Of a DNA stretch of 64,000 bases, positions 62,870 through 64,000 are shown one piece after another. The notes under the pieces are model-generated. The model made no database searches. It worked only from the letters and a program-made list of their open reading frames with translations, and had not been told where the DNA came from. Both the position numbers and the translations under genes were made by a program. The DNA is taken from assembly GCF_006345805.1 (NCBI RefSeq), contig NC_042998.1, positions 97,216,001-97,280,000 of the forward strand, read 5' to 3'. The first letter of the stretch is position 1, and the number at the start of each line of letters is the position of its first letter. This DNA comes from Octopus sinensis (Eukaryota).

Positions 62870-64000
62870 TTGGGTCATCCCATAAATAATGCAGTTTTTC
62901 CATACTTTTTTTTATTTTACAAAATTAAGATAAATAAAGTTCTTTTTTAATCTAGAATATACTCTCCTTTATTTTCTACAAATCTCTTCCAGCTATCTGG
63001 TAGACTTGCGAAGTCCCTCTTCCAAAATCACTTGTCCATGATGAAAAATATTCCTCCAGTACTGTTCTGACCTCGTCTACATTTATTCTGCAGTCGTCAA
63101 ATGATTTTGATGACTGCAGAATAAATGATAATCTGATTGAGCAATGTCCGACGAATATGGTGGGTGGGGCATCGTTTCCCATTCAAACTGCTCCAGCCTT
63201 TCAAATATCATTCTTGCTGTATGTGGCTGAGCATTATCCTGATGGAAGAACTCCTTTTGTCTTGAAACCAAAAATGAGCGCTGACTTAAGACACACAAGC
63301 TGCTTACAGTAGATCTCCTTTGTTATCATTTGCTTTGGGTTTAAAAGTTCAAAGTGGGCTAAACCTTCCACATCTCACTAAACACATGATAAAACCTTAC
63401 ATGGGTGAAGACCATCTTTAACCTGGGGTGCAAGCGTTTCTCCTTACACTACCCATTGTCTTCAGCACTTGACATTTTTATAGAAAACCCATTTCTCCTC
63501 CCCAGTCACTATTCGGTCCAAAAATGGTTCATTCGTGATATGTGACAGCAAAGAAGAGCACATATTCACTCTTTGCATGCAATTAGACTGGGAAAGTTTG
63601 TGAGGAACCCATTGACCCAGTTTTCTGGCTTTTCTGATAGCATGCAGGTGTTGATGAATGGTTGAATGACCAAACCCAAGCTTCTCTGCTAGTTCCTAAA
63701 CAGTTACGATGGGATTTTGTTCCACCAAGATTTGCAGGACATTCTCATCGAGTTCTACAGATCTTCCGAGACGAGCCTCATCTTCTAGGCTGTAGTTTCT
63801 GGCTTAGAATTTCTGGAACCATTGATACTGGCTTATGCTTATTGTCCGATCCCTATGTACTGCATTAATATTCCTTGCACTTTCCGTTGTGTTGTTGCCT
63901 TTATTGAACTCATAAAGCAAGATATGCTGAATATGCTCCTCTGTCACTTCCATTATAGCTTTGAAAAAATAACTGTTAAAATCTAACTGCACTTTTCAAA
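62870..64000 (-). mobile_element. Decayed mariner (DD34D) transposon, truncated by the window edge
   Basis: N-terminus MEVTEEHIQHILLYEFNKGNNTTESARNI (HTH). Catalytic segment HQDNAQPH...HPPYSSDIAQSDYHLF has D-34-D spacing. TIR-like end ttgggtcatcccataaataatgc next to TA at 62868-62869. Frameshifts and stops are present. Confidence 0.9.

Overview
This is AT-rich eukaryotic genomic DNA, dense in SINEs, LINE fragments, MITEs and microsatellites. The repeat families look like those of Octopus (an inference from recall, not a database result). The left third carries ten minus-strand coding exons of a hemicentin-1-like extracellular matrix gene: two complete Ig domains followed by six TSP1 repeats, 1563 nt (521 codons) in one frame with GT-AG junctions. 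One TSP1 exon (10750-10920) is missing from the supplied ORF track. I could not find the upstream Ig exons expected of a hemicentin between 22 and 64 kb. Instead there are two or three minus-strand exon candidates encoding an unrecognised protein (62040-62103, 54464-54532, 52672-52782). The most interesting non-coding signal is a set of minimal type I hammerhead ribozyme motifs of the Penelope-like-element kind: near-intact at 8215-8299 (+), 16659-16703 (-) and 24572-24609 (+), with decayed or partial copies at 13546, 14960 and 49144. Several sit in or beside inverted duplications. Other elements are a decayed DD34D mariner, a hAT derivative with an 8-bp TSD, R4/Dong-type RLE LINE pieces, RTE fragments, fold-back elements and a microhomology-bounded A-B-A templated insertion. 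I found no rRNA, true tRNA or CRISPR array. Most supplied ORFs are microsatellite or repeat artefacts.
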